A program made the position numbers and the translations under genes. A stretch of 64,000 nucleotides of DNA, taken from assembly GCA_934270475.1 (NCBI GenBank), contig CAKQPS010000003.1, positions 128,318 to 192,317 of the forward strand, written 5' to 3'. The notes under the pieces were generated by a model. That model saw only the letters and a program-made list of their open reading frames with translations. It did not search any database and was not told where the DNA came from. Positions 1 to 8,818 of this stretch are shown here, in pieces. The stretch is from an uncultured Alphaproteobacteria bacterium (GTDB lineage Bacteria; Pseudomonadota; Alphaproteobacteria; RF32; CAG-239). The first letter of the stretch is position 1. Each line of letters begins with the position of its first letter.

Positions 1-162
1 GGTTTTATTCAGCCGTCTTTGGGCGGAAAAGATGTTTTTGTGCATATCACAAAGTTAGAAGAAATTGGTTTGCGCCGTTTGTATGAAGGACAAAAAGTCG
101 GCTATGAACTATATGACGACCGCGGACGGACTGCAGCCGGAAATATTGTAATTTTACGCTAA
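1..162 (+). CDS. cold-shock protein (CspA family), 3' fragment; CDS starts upstream of the window
   Basis: Frame 1 gives GFIQPSLGGKDVFVHITKLEEIGLRRLYEGQKVGYELYDDRGRTAAGNIVILR*, matching the C-terminal half of a cold-shock domain; TAA at 160-162. Confidence 0.7.
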   Translation, partial: GFIQPSLGGKDVFVHITKLEEIGLRRLYEGQKVGYELYDDRGRTAAGNIVILR

Positions 163-179
163 AAAAATAAACAAAAAAC

Positions 180-208
180 TTGACAAATAAAAAGTGGTGT
201 GTTAATCA
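180..208 (+). promoter_or_regulatory. sigma70-like promoter candidate (TTGACA-17nt-TAATCA); a second TATAAT at 240-245
   Basis: TTGACA 180-185, 17-nt spacer, TAATCA 203-208; sits just upstream of the hairpin array and the ankyrin gene. Confidence 0.35.
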
Positions 209-258
209 TACATCACTTTTTAATTTTTATATTTTATTATATAATACCTAAAGCTGAC

Positions 259-676
259 TATTAGCACAGCTCAGTTCCATTGTGAAATGCAGCTTAGTCT
301 TGGAAAGTGGATGCATTTTGGAATCTTCATATACACATATTTTTTTGGTTACTGCCAAACTCCGTTGTGAAACGCGGTTTGGTTCTGCAATAGTGCATGT
401 TTCATACTAGAAACCGGCTATGTTTCGTTGTGAAACGGGACATAGCATTTTTCAAATGCGAAGTCTACATCGTGCAGATGTATTCAATATACTCTCTTTC
501 ATAATGTGAATTAGTCAGACTCCATTGTGAAATGCAGTTTGATTTATGTAGTAGAAATGTTAAGTTTGTATCAAGCGCAGCAGTTCAACCAAAATTGAGT
601 GAATAATGAAAAGTGTTGACGTTGTGCTGTATTAGTAAATGCTTTTGCCCTGTTGTGAAACACGGCGAAAGCATTT
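259..676 (+). repeat. tandem array of 5 related hairpins with a GUGA tetraloop and covarying stems (units about 259-288, 344-373, 407-436, 523-554, 637-676)
   Basis: Conserved core C-[YRTT]-GTGA-[AAYR]-C; inner stems CATT/AATG, CGTT/AACG, CGTT/AACG, CATT/AATG, TGTT/AACA; outer stems of 8-13 bp differ in sequence but keep pairing; G.T wobbles are consistent only with + strand RNA. Confidence 0.6.
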
Positions 677-756
677 TTTTTGTGTTGTGCAAATAGTTAT
701 TATTCGTTGATTTTTTGGGTATGAAGTGGTATTTTTTATGTAAAATATAAAAACAT

Positions 757-3633
757 TTGGGGATTTTTATGAGATTTTACTATTTTATTTTACCCGCTGC
801 ATTGGCTTGTATTCAGCCTTTGTATGCCCAAGAAAAAGAAGTGCAGCTGACCAACGCCGAAGAGCTGTTTTTTACTCAAAAGAATGATTTGGAAACTGTT
901 TATAACAAAGACGGCAGTTTATTTTCCGGTGCAGTGCGCAAAAAAGATGCCGAAGGGCGGAATTTTACTTATTTTTACCGCAACGGACTGCGTCACGGCG
1001 TCGCCAGAGCAAATTATGAAGACGGCAAAATAGAATGTGAAATCACCTATCGAAAAGGTCTGAAAGACGGCGAAGAAATTTACTTTTTAGAAAATGAAAA
1101 TCCTAAATTTAAGAAAACCTATAAAGAAAATGTGCTGAACGGCGAAGAATTGCTGTTTTATGAAAACGGCAAGCCGAAAGTACAAAATCATTATTTGAAT
1201 GGTAAACTGGACGGCGAAACAACCTATTTTGATGAAAACGGCAACCGTGTTAAAATAGAGCATTTTAAAAACGGAGTCAAAAACGGGTTGGAACATATTA
1301 TTGCCGACAATGTGCTTATAGAAGAAAATAACTATGCCGACGGAGTGCTGAACGGTATAACCAAAAAATATAGCAAAGATTATCAAACGGACGAGATTGC
1401 TTATAAAGACGGCAGAAAAAACGGAATGGCAAAGCATTTTAATACTGACGGTAGCATTATTGCAATTCCCTATGAAGATGATTTGAAAAACGGTACGGGA
1501 ACAGCATATTATCCCGATAATAAAATAGCCAACACGGCAGAATACGTTAATGATGAAAAAAATGGAATGAGTGTAAAGTTTTTTAAGGACGGCAAGCGTC
1601 AGCTTGCTGAAACTTATAAAAACGGCAAATTGGAAGGCGTTAGCCGAACTTTTGATAAAAACGGCAATCTGACAAAAGTCAGCTATTATGTTGACGGTAT
1701 GGAACTAGCCTCGGTTAACTTAGAGCAAAACACCGAATTGCGCGATATGATGTCGGCGCACAGATTGGGGCAGATTAGCAAATATTCCTCTAAAAAAATT
1801 TATTGGTATCCGCTGCTGTGGCTGGCTTTGAATACCGAAGATATGGCTATTTTGCAGGCGTTGGAAAAAGATATGAAAATGTACGGCGCCGAAATTGACG
1901 ATATGGCGGTATATCAGCGCGAAAGCAAAACAAAGTTTGCCGATTACACTCGTAATTTGTATTTTGGGCTGCTGCCGCTCAGCTATGCTGTTGATTTGTC
2001 GGCTCCGGTCGAAATTTTGCAAAAATTTGCCGCACCTAAGCAGTTAAACGCGCAGAACCCGCGCGGAGGAACGGCTTTGCAAGAAGCGGTCAGACTGAAT
2101 AACTTGGAAATGGTGCGCTTTTTACTGCTGCATAAAGCCGATGTTTCCGCGGTTAAAAATTCAAATATTTTGGCGCAGTCAATTAAAGAGAACGTTCGTT
2201 TGCCTATTCTTGAAGAATTGATAAAAGCCGGCGCCGATGTCAACGCGCCTGATAATGACGGAAAGCTGCCGGTTGTGCTGGCTGTTGATAAAAATGAGGT
2301 TAATTTGCTGAAATTATTGAAAAATAACGGAGCAGATTTGAACATAGAACTGCCCGACGGAAAAAATCTGCTGTTTTATGCTTATGAGCACGAGCGCGGC
2401 ACGCAAATTGCCGATTTTTTGCTGAGTTCCGGAGCCGATGCTAACCAGCCGGATAAAAACGGCGGATTGCTGATTTTAGAAGCTTTGAAAAAATATGATG
2501 AAACTATGCTGGGTAAATTATTAGAGCATGGAGCCGATGTAAATAAAGAAAATTCAACTGGTGAAAGCGCCGTGTCATATGTAATGGAAAATAAATATGA
2601 TACTGCGACAATCCAAAAAATATTGGCTCATAATGTTAATTATTCCGGCTTGTTTGGGGCAAAAAAACAACCACTTTGGCGGTTGGCGGCAGAAAATGAT
2701 GCCTCAGTGCTGAAACAAATCTTAGATAAAAACGGCGGGGCGGATAAAGCCGATGCGGCAGGTTTTGTGCCTCTGCAGATTTTGATAAATTGGAACGGCG
2801 GCGACTCTTCGGCGCTTAAAGAAACTTTGTTGTCATATCTTACTCCTGAATGGCTTAATGCGCATCCAAAATTTTGGCAGCAGGTATTGTTGGCAAAAAA
2901 TTTGGAAGTGTGGAATGATTTGGTTAAAATCGGTTTTGATGCAAATGTCAAAGACCAAAACGGGCAAACAGCTGCTTGGATTTTGCTGAAAAATAACTAT
3001 GAACCAGTTTGGTGGAGCTCGCTTAAAGAATTAAAACCGGATTTGAATATACCGGCTGAAAACGGCAAAACCTTGCTGCAATATGCCGTAGAAAATGACA
3101 GAGGGCTGTCGCTAACAAAATATTTGCTGCAAAACGGAGCGAACATCAAAACATTGGATTCTGCTTGTTTGGCAAAGCTGCATGGTGATAGGGCTGAACT
3201 TACGGAGCTGCTGCTGGATTATGGAGCAAATACCTCTTATGTTTCAGACAGCGGAGAAACACTGCTGATGTCCGCGGTGCAAAATCTGAACGGCGTATTA
3301 TTTGACTATTTGCTGGCGAACGGAGCCGATGTTAATGCGCGCGACAATAACGGAAATACCGCCTTGTTTTATGTCGCGGAAGCCGTTTTGGACAATCCGC
3401 AGGTTTCTAAAGATGAAATGTTGGTGCAGCTTGCCGAGGTAATTGCCAAACTCAAACAGCTTGGCGCCAATATAAACGAGCAGAACGGCAACGGCGAAAC
3501 CGTGCTGGTTTATTTAGCCAAAACTCAATCTCCGGCTTATGCCGAAATTGAAAAAATATTGCTGGAGCAGGGGGCTGATGAGACAATCAAAGACCAATAC
3601 GGCAGAACCGCCGCAAATTATAGGATAAAATAA
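757..3633 (+). CDS. secreted MORN/YwqK-type repeat plus ankyrin-repeat protein (ORF opens at TTG 757; likely ATG start at 769 with a GGGGA Shine-Dalgarno)
   Basis: N-terminal signal peptide MRFYYFILPAALACIQPLYA|QE; repeated YxNGKxxxxxxYxNGKLDGxxTYFDENG (MORN_2-like) units; C-terminal half has many ankyrin repeats (GxTALxxAVxxNNLEMVxxLLxxGADVN). Confidence 0.8.
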   Translation: MGIFMRFYYFILPAALACIQPLYAQEKEVQLTNAEELFFTQKNDLETVYNKDGSLFSGAVRKKDAEGRNFTYFYRNGLRHGVARANYEDGKIECEITYRKGLKDGEEIYFLENENPKFKKTYKENVLNGEELLFYENGKPKVQNHYLNGKLDGETTYFDENGNRVKIEHFKNGVKNGLEHIIADNVLIEENNYADGVLNGITKKYSKDYQTDEIAYKDGRKNGMAKHFNTDGSIIAIPYEDDLKNGTGTAYYPDNKIANTAEYVNDEKNGMSVKFFKDGKRQLAETYKNGKLEGVSRTFDKNGNLTKVSYYVDGMELASVNLEQNTELRDMMSAHRLGQISKYSSKKIYWYPLLWLALNTEDMAILQALEKDMKMYGAEIDDMAVYQRESKTKFADYTRNLYFGLLPLSYAVDLSAPVEILQKFAAPKQLNAQNPRGGTALQEAVRLNNLEMVRFLLLHKADVSAVKNSNILAQSIKENVRLPILEELIKAGADVNAPDNDGKLPVVLAVDKNEVNLLKLLKNNGADLNIELPDGKNLLFYAYEHERGTQIADFLLSSGADANQPDKNGGLLILEALKKYDETMLGKLLEHGADVNKENSTGESAVSYVMENKYDTATIQKILAHNVNYSGLFGAKKQPLWRLAAENDASVLKQILDKNGGADKADAAGFVPLQILINWNGGDSSALKETLLSYLTPEWLNAHPKFWQQVLLAKNLEVWNDLVKIGFDANVKDQNGQTAAWILLKNNYEPVWWSSLKELKPDLNIPAENGKTLLQYAVENDRGLSLTKYLLQNGANIKTLDSACLAKLHGDRAELTELLLDYGANTSYVSDSGETLLMSAVQNLNGVLFDYLLANGADVNARDNNGNTALFYVAEAVLDNPQVSKDEMLVQLAEVIAKLKQLGANINEQNGNGETVLVYLAKTQSPAYAEIEKILLEQGADETIKDQYGRTAANYRIK

Positions 3634-3653
3634 AAATTATCAAACAAAAGAAC

Positions 3654-3686
3654 AGCGATAAGGTTAAACTTTTCGCTATTTTTTTG
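3654..3686 (+). terminator. rho-independent terminator candidate after the ankyrin gene
   Basis: agcgataag/cttttcgct stem followed by a T7 run. Confidence 0.45.
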
Positions 3687-4064
3687 TATATTATGAACAA
3701 TTTGTCAGCCCCTATACTCTGGATATTGATGGTAAAAAGCAGGTCTTTTGGTATATTGAGTTCAGTACTAGGAAAGTTGTTAAGGAAAGCCTTAATGATA
3801 AAGAGCTTGCTTCAGCAGAGACAAAAAAGTCTCAGGAGTGGAGCTGTATGTATCATCTTGGTTGGGGGCAAAGCAGAAAAGCTATTGATTATGATACTTA
3901 TAAAAGAGCTGACGCAAATGGAGCTGTCGCGCTTGGCAAACACCGGTGTGCGCTTTATCAGTGATTTGGAAAACGGCAAGCCCGATGTGAGTCTGGCTAA
4001 GCTGCTTTCGGTGGTTTATGCGCTGGGTTTGGAACTCCGCATCGTAAATAAATGGAGCGACTGA
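3684..4064 (+). CDS. small HTH (XRE-family-like) DNA-binding protein; true start probably internal (ATG near 3797 or 3884)
   Basis: C-terminal LTQMELSRLANTGVRFISDLENGKPDVSLAKLLSVVYALGLEL resembles an XRE/Cro-type helix-turn-helix. Confidence 0.45.
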   Translation: MYIMNNLSAPILWILMVKSRSFGILSSVLGKLLRKALMIKSLLQQRQKSLRSGAVCIILVGGKAEKLLIMILIKELTQMELSRLANTGVRFISDLENGKPDVSLAKLLSVVYALGLELRIVNKWSD

Positions 4065-4147
4065 AAAAATTACCAGCAGCTTATTTAAATAGTGCTTGAT
4101 TTAAAATAAAATTCGGACTATATTATATATAACATTAAAGAGAAACG

Positions 4148-4183
4148 GCTGTGAAATAGAGATATTTCGCAGTCTGATTTTTT
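4148..4183 (+). terminator. hairpin plus T6 upstream of greA (terminator or attenuator candidate)
   Basis: ctgtgaaat/atttcgcag 9-bp stem (one G.U) followed by tttttt; shares the TGTGAAAT string with the 5' array core. Confidence 0.4.
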
Positions 4184-4231
4184 AACTTTTTTAAAAAGAA
4201 ATTTAGAAAATTTTGACTTTAGGAGGAAAAA

Positions 4232-4705
4232 ATGGATAAATTCCCATTGACTAAATTTGGTTATGAAATGCTGGAACAAGAACTGAAAAACCGCAAAGGC
4301 GTTGAGCGCCCTAACATTATTGCCGAAATTGCTGAAGCCCGCGCTAAAGGTGATTTGTCGGAAAATGCCGAATATTCCGCTGCTAAAGAAAAACAAAGTT
4401 TTAATGAAGGACGCATTCAGGAGCTGGAAGCAGTTATCAGCCGCGCTCAAGTAATTGACCCAACTAAAATGAGCGGTGATATTGTACGTTTCGGTGCAAC
4501 CGTTTTGGTGGCAAACACTGATACTGAGGAAGAAAATGAATATCAAATTGTCGGCGATTATGAAGCAGATATTGAAAAGAATAAAATTTCTTTGTCTTCT
4601 CCGCTGGCTCGTGCTTTGATTGGTAAAGAAATTGGCGATATTGCCGAATATTTTGCTCCGAGCGGCAAAAAATCTTATGAAATTATTGAAGTTAAGTGGC
4701 TCTAA
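4232..4705 (+). CDS. greA: transcription elongation factor GreA
   Basis: 157 aa; GreA signature DLSENAEYSAAKEKQ...RIQELE and C-terminal FKBP-like domain; AGGAGG Shine-Dalgarno. Confidence 0.9.
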   Translation: MDKFPLTKFGYEMLEQELKNRKGVERPNIIAEIAEARAKGDLSENAEYSAAKEKQSFNEGRIQELEAVISRAQVIDPTKMSGDIVRFGATVLVANTDTEEENEYQIVGDYEADIEKNKISLSSPLARALIGKEIGDIAEYFAPSGKKSYEIIEVKWL

Positions 4706-4789
4706 GTCCTTTAAACTTTTTGTAAAAGTCATATATAAAATCCAAGAGTTTGTGCTTTTGGATTTTATTTTTTTGCAAGGAGAAATGCT

Positions 4790-5026
4790 ATGACCAAAGA
4801 GAGATGCTTTTATGATTATGAGCATAAGTGCGATTGTTCTGAAGATGACAAATGCGGCTGCACCTATCCGAACAATATGAAACATAATGTGACTTGCGAG
4901 CCGGAACAGCCGTCCGTGGAAGATTTTGAAAATATGCCGCATGAAATCAGCTTGAAGAAAGGCGTAAAATTAGAACCGCCGGATTTTCATTGGAATGAAG
5001 AGCCGCAGTCGTTTGATGCGGATTAA
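4790..5026 (+). CDS. small Cys-rich hypothetical protein
   Basis: 78 aa with HKCDCSEDDKCGC; good RBS (AAGGAGA); no recognised family. Confidence 0.35.
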   Translation: MTKERCFYDYEHKCDCSEDDKCGCTYPNNMKHNVTCEPEQPSVEDFENMPHEISLKKGVKLEPPDFHWNEEPQSFDAD

Positions 5027-5041
5027 AATATTGTTAGCTCT

Positions 5042-5830
5042 TTGCTGAAAAAACTTTATCATTTTTTCTGTCGGTTTATACTTTATGTCAAGAGGATAGA
5101 AAAAATGACGATTTATGTTTTTGATTTAGATGGAACACTTACGCCGCCACGCTTGCCGATGCAGCCGGATTTTACGGTCAAATTTCTGCCGTGGCTGAAC
5201 ACGCATACGGCTTTTATCGCCACCGGCTCGAATTTAGCCAAAGTTTCGGAGCAAATGGACGCGCAAACCTTAAACGCGTTCGGCGGAATTTATTGTTCAA
5301 TGGGCAATGAATTTTGGCGCGGCGGCAAATATGTTTATCAAAACGCCTTTATTCCCGATAGCCGTTTAATTGCCAAGCTGGAGGAATTCCGGCAGCATAC
5401 CGCTTATCCCTATACTTTATATCCAAACTATATTGAGCTGCGCACCGGAATGTTGAATTTCAGCGTTTTAGGACGTGATTGCCCGTATGAAGAACGTTTG
5501 CGCTATCAAAAATGGGATTCGCAGCATCACGAACGCCTGCATATTAAAGAAGTATTGGAGCGTGAGTTTCCCAAATATGAATTTTCGGTCGGCGGCTCTA
5601 TCTCCATAGACATCAATCCTTGCGGCTGCAGCAAAGCGCAAATTGCCGGCAAACTGCGCCAAAGTTATCCTGAGGAAAAAATAGTTTTCTTTGGCGACCG
5701 CACAATGAAAGGCGGCAATGATTTTGAATTGGCAGAGGCATTGCGCCAGTTGCCGAATACTAAAATTGTGCAGGTGAACGGACCGGAAGAAGTTTTAACT
5801 TTGCTGCATTTGGAAGAAAAAAATGACTAA
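5042..5830 (+). CDS. eukaryotic-type phosphomannomutase (HAD-IIB PMM family); probable start ATG 5105
   Basis: MTIYVFDLDGTLTPPR HAD motif I and overall PMM-like pattern; AGGATAG Shine-Dalgarno before 5105; 8-nt overlap with folA. Confidence 0.65.
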   Translation: MLKKLYHFFCRFILYVKRIEKMTIYVFDLDGTLTPPRLPMQPDFTVKFLPWLNTHTAFIATGSNLAKVSEQMDAQTLNAFGGIYCSMGNEFWRGGKYVYQNAFIPDSRLIAKLEEFRQHTAYPYTLYPNYIELRTGMLNFSVLGRDCPYEERLRYQKWDSQHHERLHIKEVLEREFPKYEFSVGGSISIDINPCGCSKAQIAGKLRQSYPEEKIVFFGDRTMKGGNDFELAEALRQLPNTKIVQVNGPEEVLTLLHLEEKND

Positions 5831-6395
5831 AGTTGCAATTTGGTGCCGCCATGAGGGCGATAATATAATTGGTGTCGGGGCGGATATTCCATGGTGCGTG
5901 CCGTCGGACAGCAAGCGTTTCCGTAATTTGACTAAAGAAAAAACATTGGTTGTCGGCAAGAAAACATATGAGAGTTTTCCCAATCGCACTTTGCCGAACC
6001 GCAAGTTTATAGTTATAACCAGACAGGCGGATTATGAAGTTTCCGACCAGCAGAATCATGTTGTTATGTCGGATATAAAAAAGCTGAAAGACTACCCCGA
6101 AGATTTGTATATTTCCGGCGGCGCGGCAATTTATGACGCTTTTTTTGCGGATTCGGCGCTGCGTCCGGAAATTGTGGTGGATTGTGTTTATCACGGTGCG
6201 TTAAAAGGCGGATTGAACGGCGAGCCGGTGTCGGTTGATAAAAGCGTGGCGGTTTTGGAACAAAAGTATAAGCCTTTGCCGATTAGCTTTGAATTGGATA
6301 ACGTTACAACAACGGTTTGGCTATTAAAGGGCGCTTTTGTGGAACAAAGCGTTGTCAAAAAAATTCTGCAATATTTAGAAACGGAGGAAAAATAA
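5823..6395 (+). CDS. folA: dihydrofolate reductase
   Basis: IGxxxxIPW...VGKKTYESFP...RKFIVITR DHFR motifs; directly abuts thyA. Confidence 0.8.
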   Translation: MTKVAIWCRHEGDNIIGVGADIPWCVPSDSKRFRNLTKEKTLVVGKKTYESFPNRTLPNRKFIVITRQADYEVSDQQNHVVMSDIKKLKDYPEDLYISGGAAIYDAFFADSALRPEIVVDCVYHGALKGGLNGEPVSVDKSVAVLEQKYKPLPISFELDNVTTTVWLLKGAFVEQSVVKKILQYLETEEK

Positions 6396-7181
6396 ATGCA
6401 ACAATATTTGGATTTGCTGCGTGATGTTTTGGAAAACGGCGTGGATAAAATGGATAGAACCGGTGTCGGCACCCGCTCGGTGTTCGGTCGGCAAATGCGC
6501 TTTGATTTGAATAAAGGTTTTCCGCTGATGACCACCAAAAAAATGCACCTTAAAAGCATTATCTATGAGCTGTTGTGGTTTTTGAGAGGCGACACCAACG
6601 TAAAATATCTGCAGGAACACGGCGTGCGGATTTGGAACGAATGGGCGGACGAAAACGGTGATTTGGGACCGGTTTATGGTTCGCAGTGGCGTAACTGGAA
6701 CGGCGAGGGTATAGATCAAATTGCCGAAGTTATTGAAAAACTGAAAAAAACTCCGAATGACCGCCGTATGATTGTTTCGGCTTGGAATGTGGGAAAAATT
6801 GCGCAAATGCACTTGCCACCGTGCCATATGATGTTCCAATTTTATGTGGCGAACAACAAGCTGAGCTGTATGCTCTATCAGCGCAGCTGCGATATGTTTT
6901 TAGGCGTCCCGTTTAACATTGCTTCTTATGCCTTGCTGACAATGATGGTGGCGCAGGTTTGCGGCTATGAATTGGGCGAGTTTATTCACACTTTGGGCGA
7001 TACGCATATTTATCACAACCATTTTGAGCAGGTGCGCGAACAGCTTTCCCGTACTCCGTATGAACTGCCGCAAATGCGTATAAATCCGGATGTTAAAGAC
7101 ATCAACGATTTTAAATATGAAGATTTTGAGCTGCTCAATTATAAGAGTTATGAGGCAATAAAAGGCAAAGTCGCCGTATAA
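6396..7181 (+). CDS. thyA: thymidylate synthase
   Basis: 261 aa; [15 protein letters not shown]..., active-site region [16 protein letters not shown]. Confidence 0.95.
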   Translation: MQQYLDLLRDVLENGVDKMDRTGVGTRSVFGRQMRFDLNKGFPLMTTKKMHLKSIIYELLWFLRGDTNVKYLQEHGVRIWNEWADENGDLGPVYGSQWRNWNGEGIDQIAEVIEKLKKTPNDRRMIVSAWNVGKIAQMHLPPCHMMFQFYVANNKLSCMLYQRSCDMFLGVPFNIASYALLTMMVAQVCGYELGEFIHTLGDTHIYHNHFEQVREQLSRTPYELPQMRINPDVKDINDFKYEDFELLNYKSYEAIKGKVAV

Positions 7182-7187
7182 GGAGAA

Positions 7188-7290
7188 AACTCGTCTAGCA
7201 GATACCAGCTAGACGAGTTTCCGAGAGTTTGAGGAAACTGCAAAAGAGAGAAATTCACGTACTTCAATGTACGCTAAAATTTTCTCTCTT
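7188..7290. terminator. compound hairpin region between convergent thyA and the histidine kinase gene (bidirectional terminator candidate)
   Basis: aaactcgtctagc/gctagacgagttt 13-bp stem, then agagagaaatt...aattttctctc with an inner cgtac/gtacg stem. Confidence 0.4.
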
Positions 7291-7306
7291 CTTGTTTTAA
7301 TGCTAT

Positions 7307-8725
7307 CTACTGCTTAACCGGAAGATAAACCGTAAAAGTTGTTCCGTTATAAGCGGTGGAGGCAACAGTTAAATTTCCGTGGTGATGCAGGACAATTTGC
7401 TTAGCAATTGCCAATCCCAAGCCTGTGCCGCGTATTTTCATATCTTTATGTATCTGCATACGGTAAAATTTTTCTGTCAGGCGGGCAAGGTCTTCTTTAG
7501 CAATTTTCGGACCTTTGTTGTTAATGGCGATGCTGACGGCTTTTTCCGCAGCCACATTTTGCCCGCTGCCCGCCGGAATTTCCGCCACGGTTTTTATATC
7601 CACCGTAATTTCTGAGTTTTCCTGAGCATATTTTATGGCATTATCCACAAGGTTTTGTAAAATTTGATGTATTTCTTGCTTGTCACCGATAATTTTAGGA
7701 ATACGACCTTGCTCCGAAACTTTTAAGTTTACGGAATGTTGAAACGCCTTGATTTTTAAGGCTTCGGTAACATCGTCTATCACTTCCGAAATATTGACTT
7801 TATCTTTTAGTTCTTTGTCTTGCGCCATTTCCAAACGCGAAAGCGACAGCAAATCTTCTATAAGGCTGGACATATAGTCGGCTTGCTCTTTCATAATGCT
7901 TAAAAAAGCCTCTCTGGCGTCAGCATCGTCTTTAGCCGAAGTTTGCAGAGTTTCAATAAATCCTGAAATCACCGACAGCGGCGTTCTCAGCTCGTGGCTG
8001 GCATTTGCCACAAAATCGGACTGCATTTTTTCCAAACTCAAAACTTTGCTAAGGTCATAGATAGAAACCACGGCAACGGCTCGTCCTTTAGAATACCACG
8101 GCAGTTTGGTAATGTGGGCATAAATGCGCTTGTTTATTTTGCCGCCGGCATGAAAAACCAAACTTTCAGATTCGCTTTTATCCTTTAAAACCTTCTCCAC
8201 CGAGGCAACAAAAATATTTACGCTGAAAACCGAGGCGATATTGCGTCCGGTAATCTCATCGCCCAGTAAATTGCGGGCAGAAAGATTGCTGCCGGTTATA
8301 ATTCCTTCGCCATCCAGCATCAAAATCGGGTCGGGAAGCGTATCTAAAACCGCCGCATCAGACATGGTTTGCGCTTTTAATGATGCAGCCTTAGATGTCC
8401 AAAAGCGATGAATGGAATTAACGGCATCGGCAATTTTTTGTGCATCTTTTTCAGAAAGGTTTAGTTTTGAACTGTCTTCTTGTTCGTTGGCAAGCGAATA
8501 AATATATTGCTTTAGCGATTGCATTTCATAGCTGAGCGGAAAAAGCGAAAACATATTGAAAATGATTATTATCGCATAGCAAATCAATGCCGTCAGCGGA
8601 GTTACCAAACCCATATATGCCAATAAGGCAAACAAAATCGCCGAAGGCAGCGATAAAATCAGCACCCGCGTAGAAAATGAAGAATCTTTTTCCAAGCCTA
8701 AAAGGCGTTTCATATTTTTCAGCAT
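7307..8725 (-). CDS. two-component sensor histidine kinase (2 TM segments, PAS, HisKA, HATPase_c)
   Basis: H-box SHELRTPL, N/G-box NLVDNAIKYA, G-box GTGLGLAIAK; no adjacent response regulator. Confidence 0.85.
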   Translation of the reverse strand: MLKNMKRLLGLEKDSSFSTRVLILSLPSAILFALLAYMGLVTPLTALICYAIIIIFNMFSLFPLSYEMQSLKQYIYSLANEQEDSSKLNLSEKDAQKIADAVNSIHRFWTSKAASLKAQTMSDAAVLDTLPDPILMLDGEGIITGSNLSARNLLGDEITGRNIASVFSVNIFVASVEKVLKDKSESESLVFHAGGKINKRIYAHITKLPWYSKGRAVAVVSIYDLSKVLSLEKMQSDFVANASHELRTPLSVISGFIETLQTSAKDDADAREAFLSIMKEQADYMSSLIEDLLSLSRLEMAQDKELKDKVNISEVIDDVTEALKIKAFQHSVNLKVSEQGRIPKIIGDKQEIHQILQNLVDNAIKYAQENSEITVDIKTVAEIPAGSGQNVAAEKAVSIAINNKGPKIAKEDLARLTEKFYRMQIHKDMKIRGTGLGLAIAKQIVLHHHGNLTVASTAYNGTTFTVYLPVKQ

Positions 8726-8818
8726 AGATGTTATCCCGTATGATAAAGTTAATAAAGTGCTAGACTTGATACAGAATTATTGTAGTATACAATAAGTTTA
8801 AATAGGTTTAATATCATA

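Noticed and set aside
344-373. Hairpin core GTTGTGAAAC as a Tus/Ter-like or DnaA-box-like DNA site
   Set aside because: E. coli Ter core is GTTGTAAC within a longer asymmetric site and Alphaproteobacteria lack Tus; DnaA boxes (TTATCCACA) do not match; the compensatory stem changes argue for RNA structure, not a protein-DNA site.
256-676. Possible CRISPR array (regularly spaced palindromic repeats)
   Set aside because: The repeats are not identical (only a 12-nt core is conserved), spacing is irregular (64-127 bp), flanks are individually palindromic, and there are no cas genes in the window.
4118-4942. 274-aa minus-strand ORF overlapping greA
   Set aside because: Antisense to a well-supported greA, low-complexity Phe/Ile-rich translation typical of a shadow ORF on an AT-biased strand.
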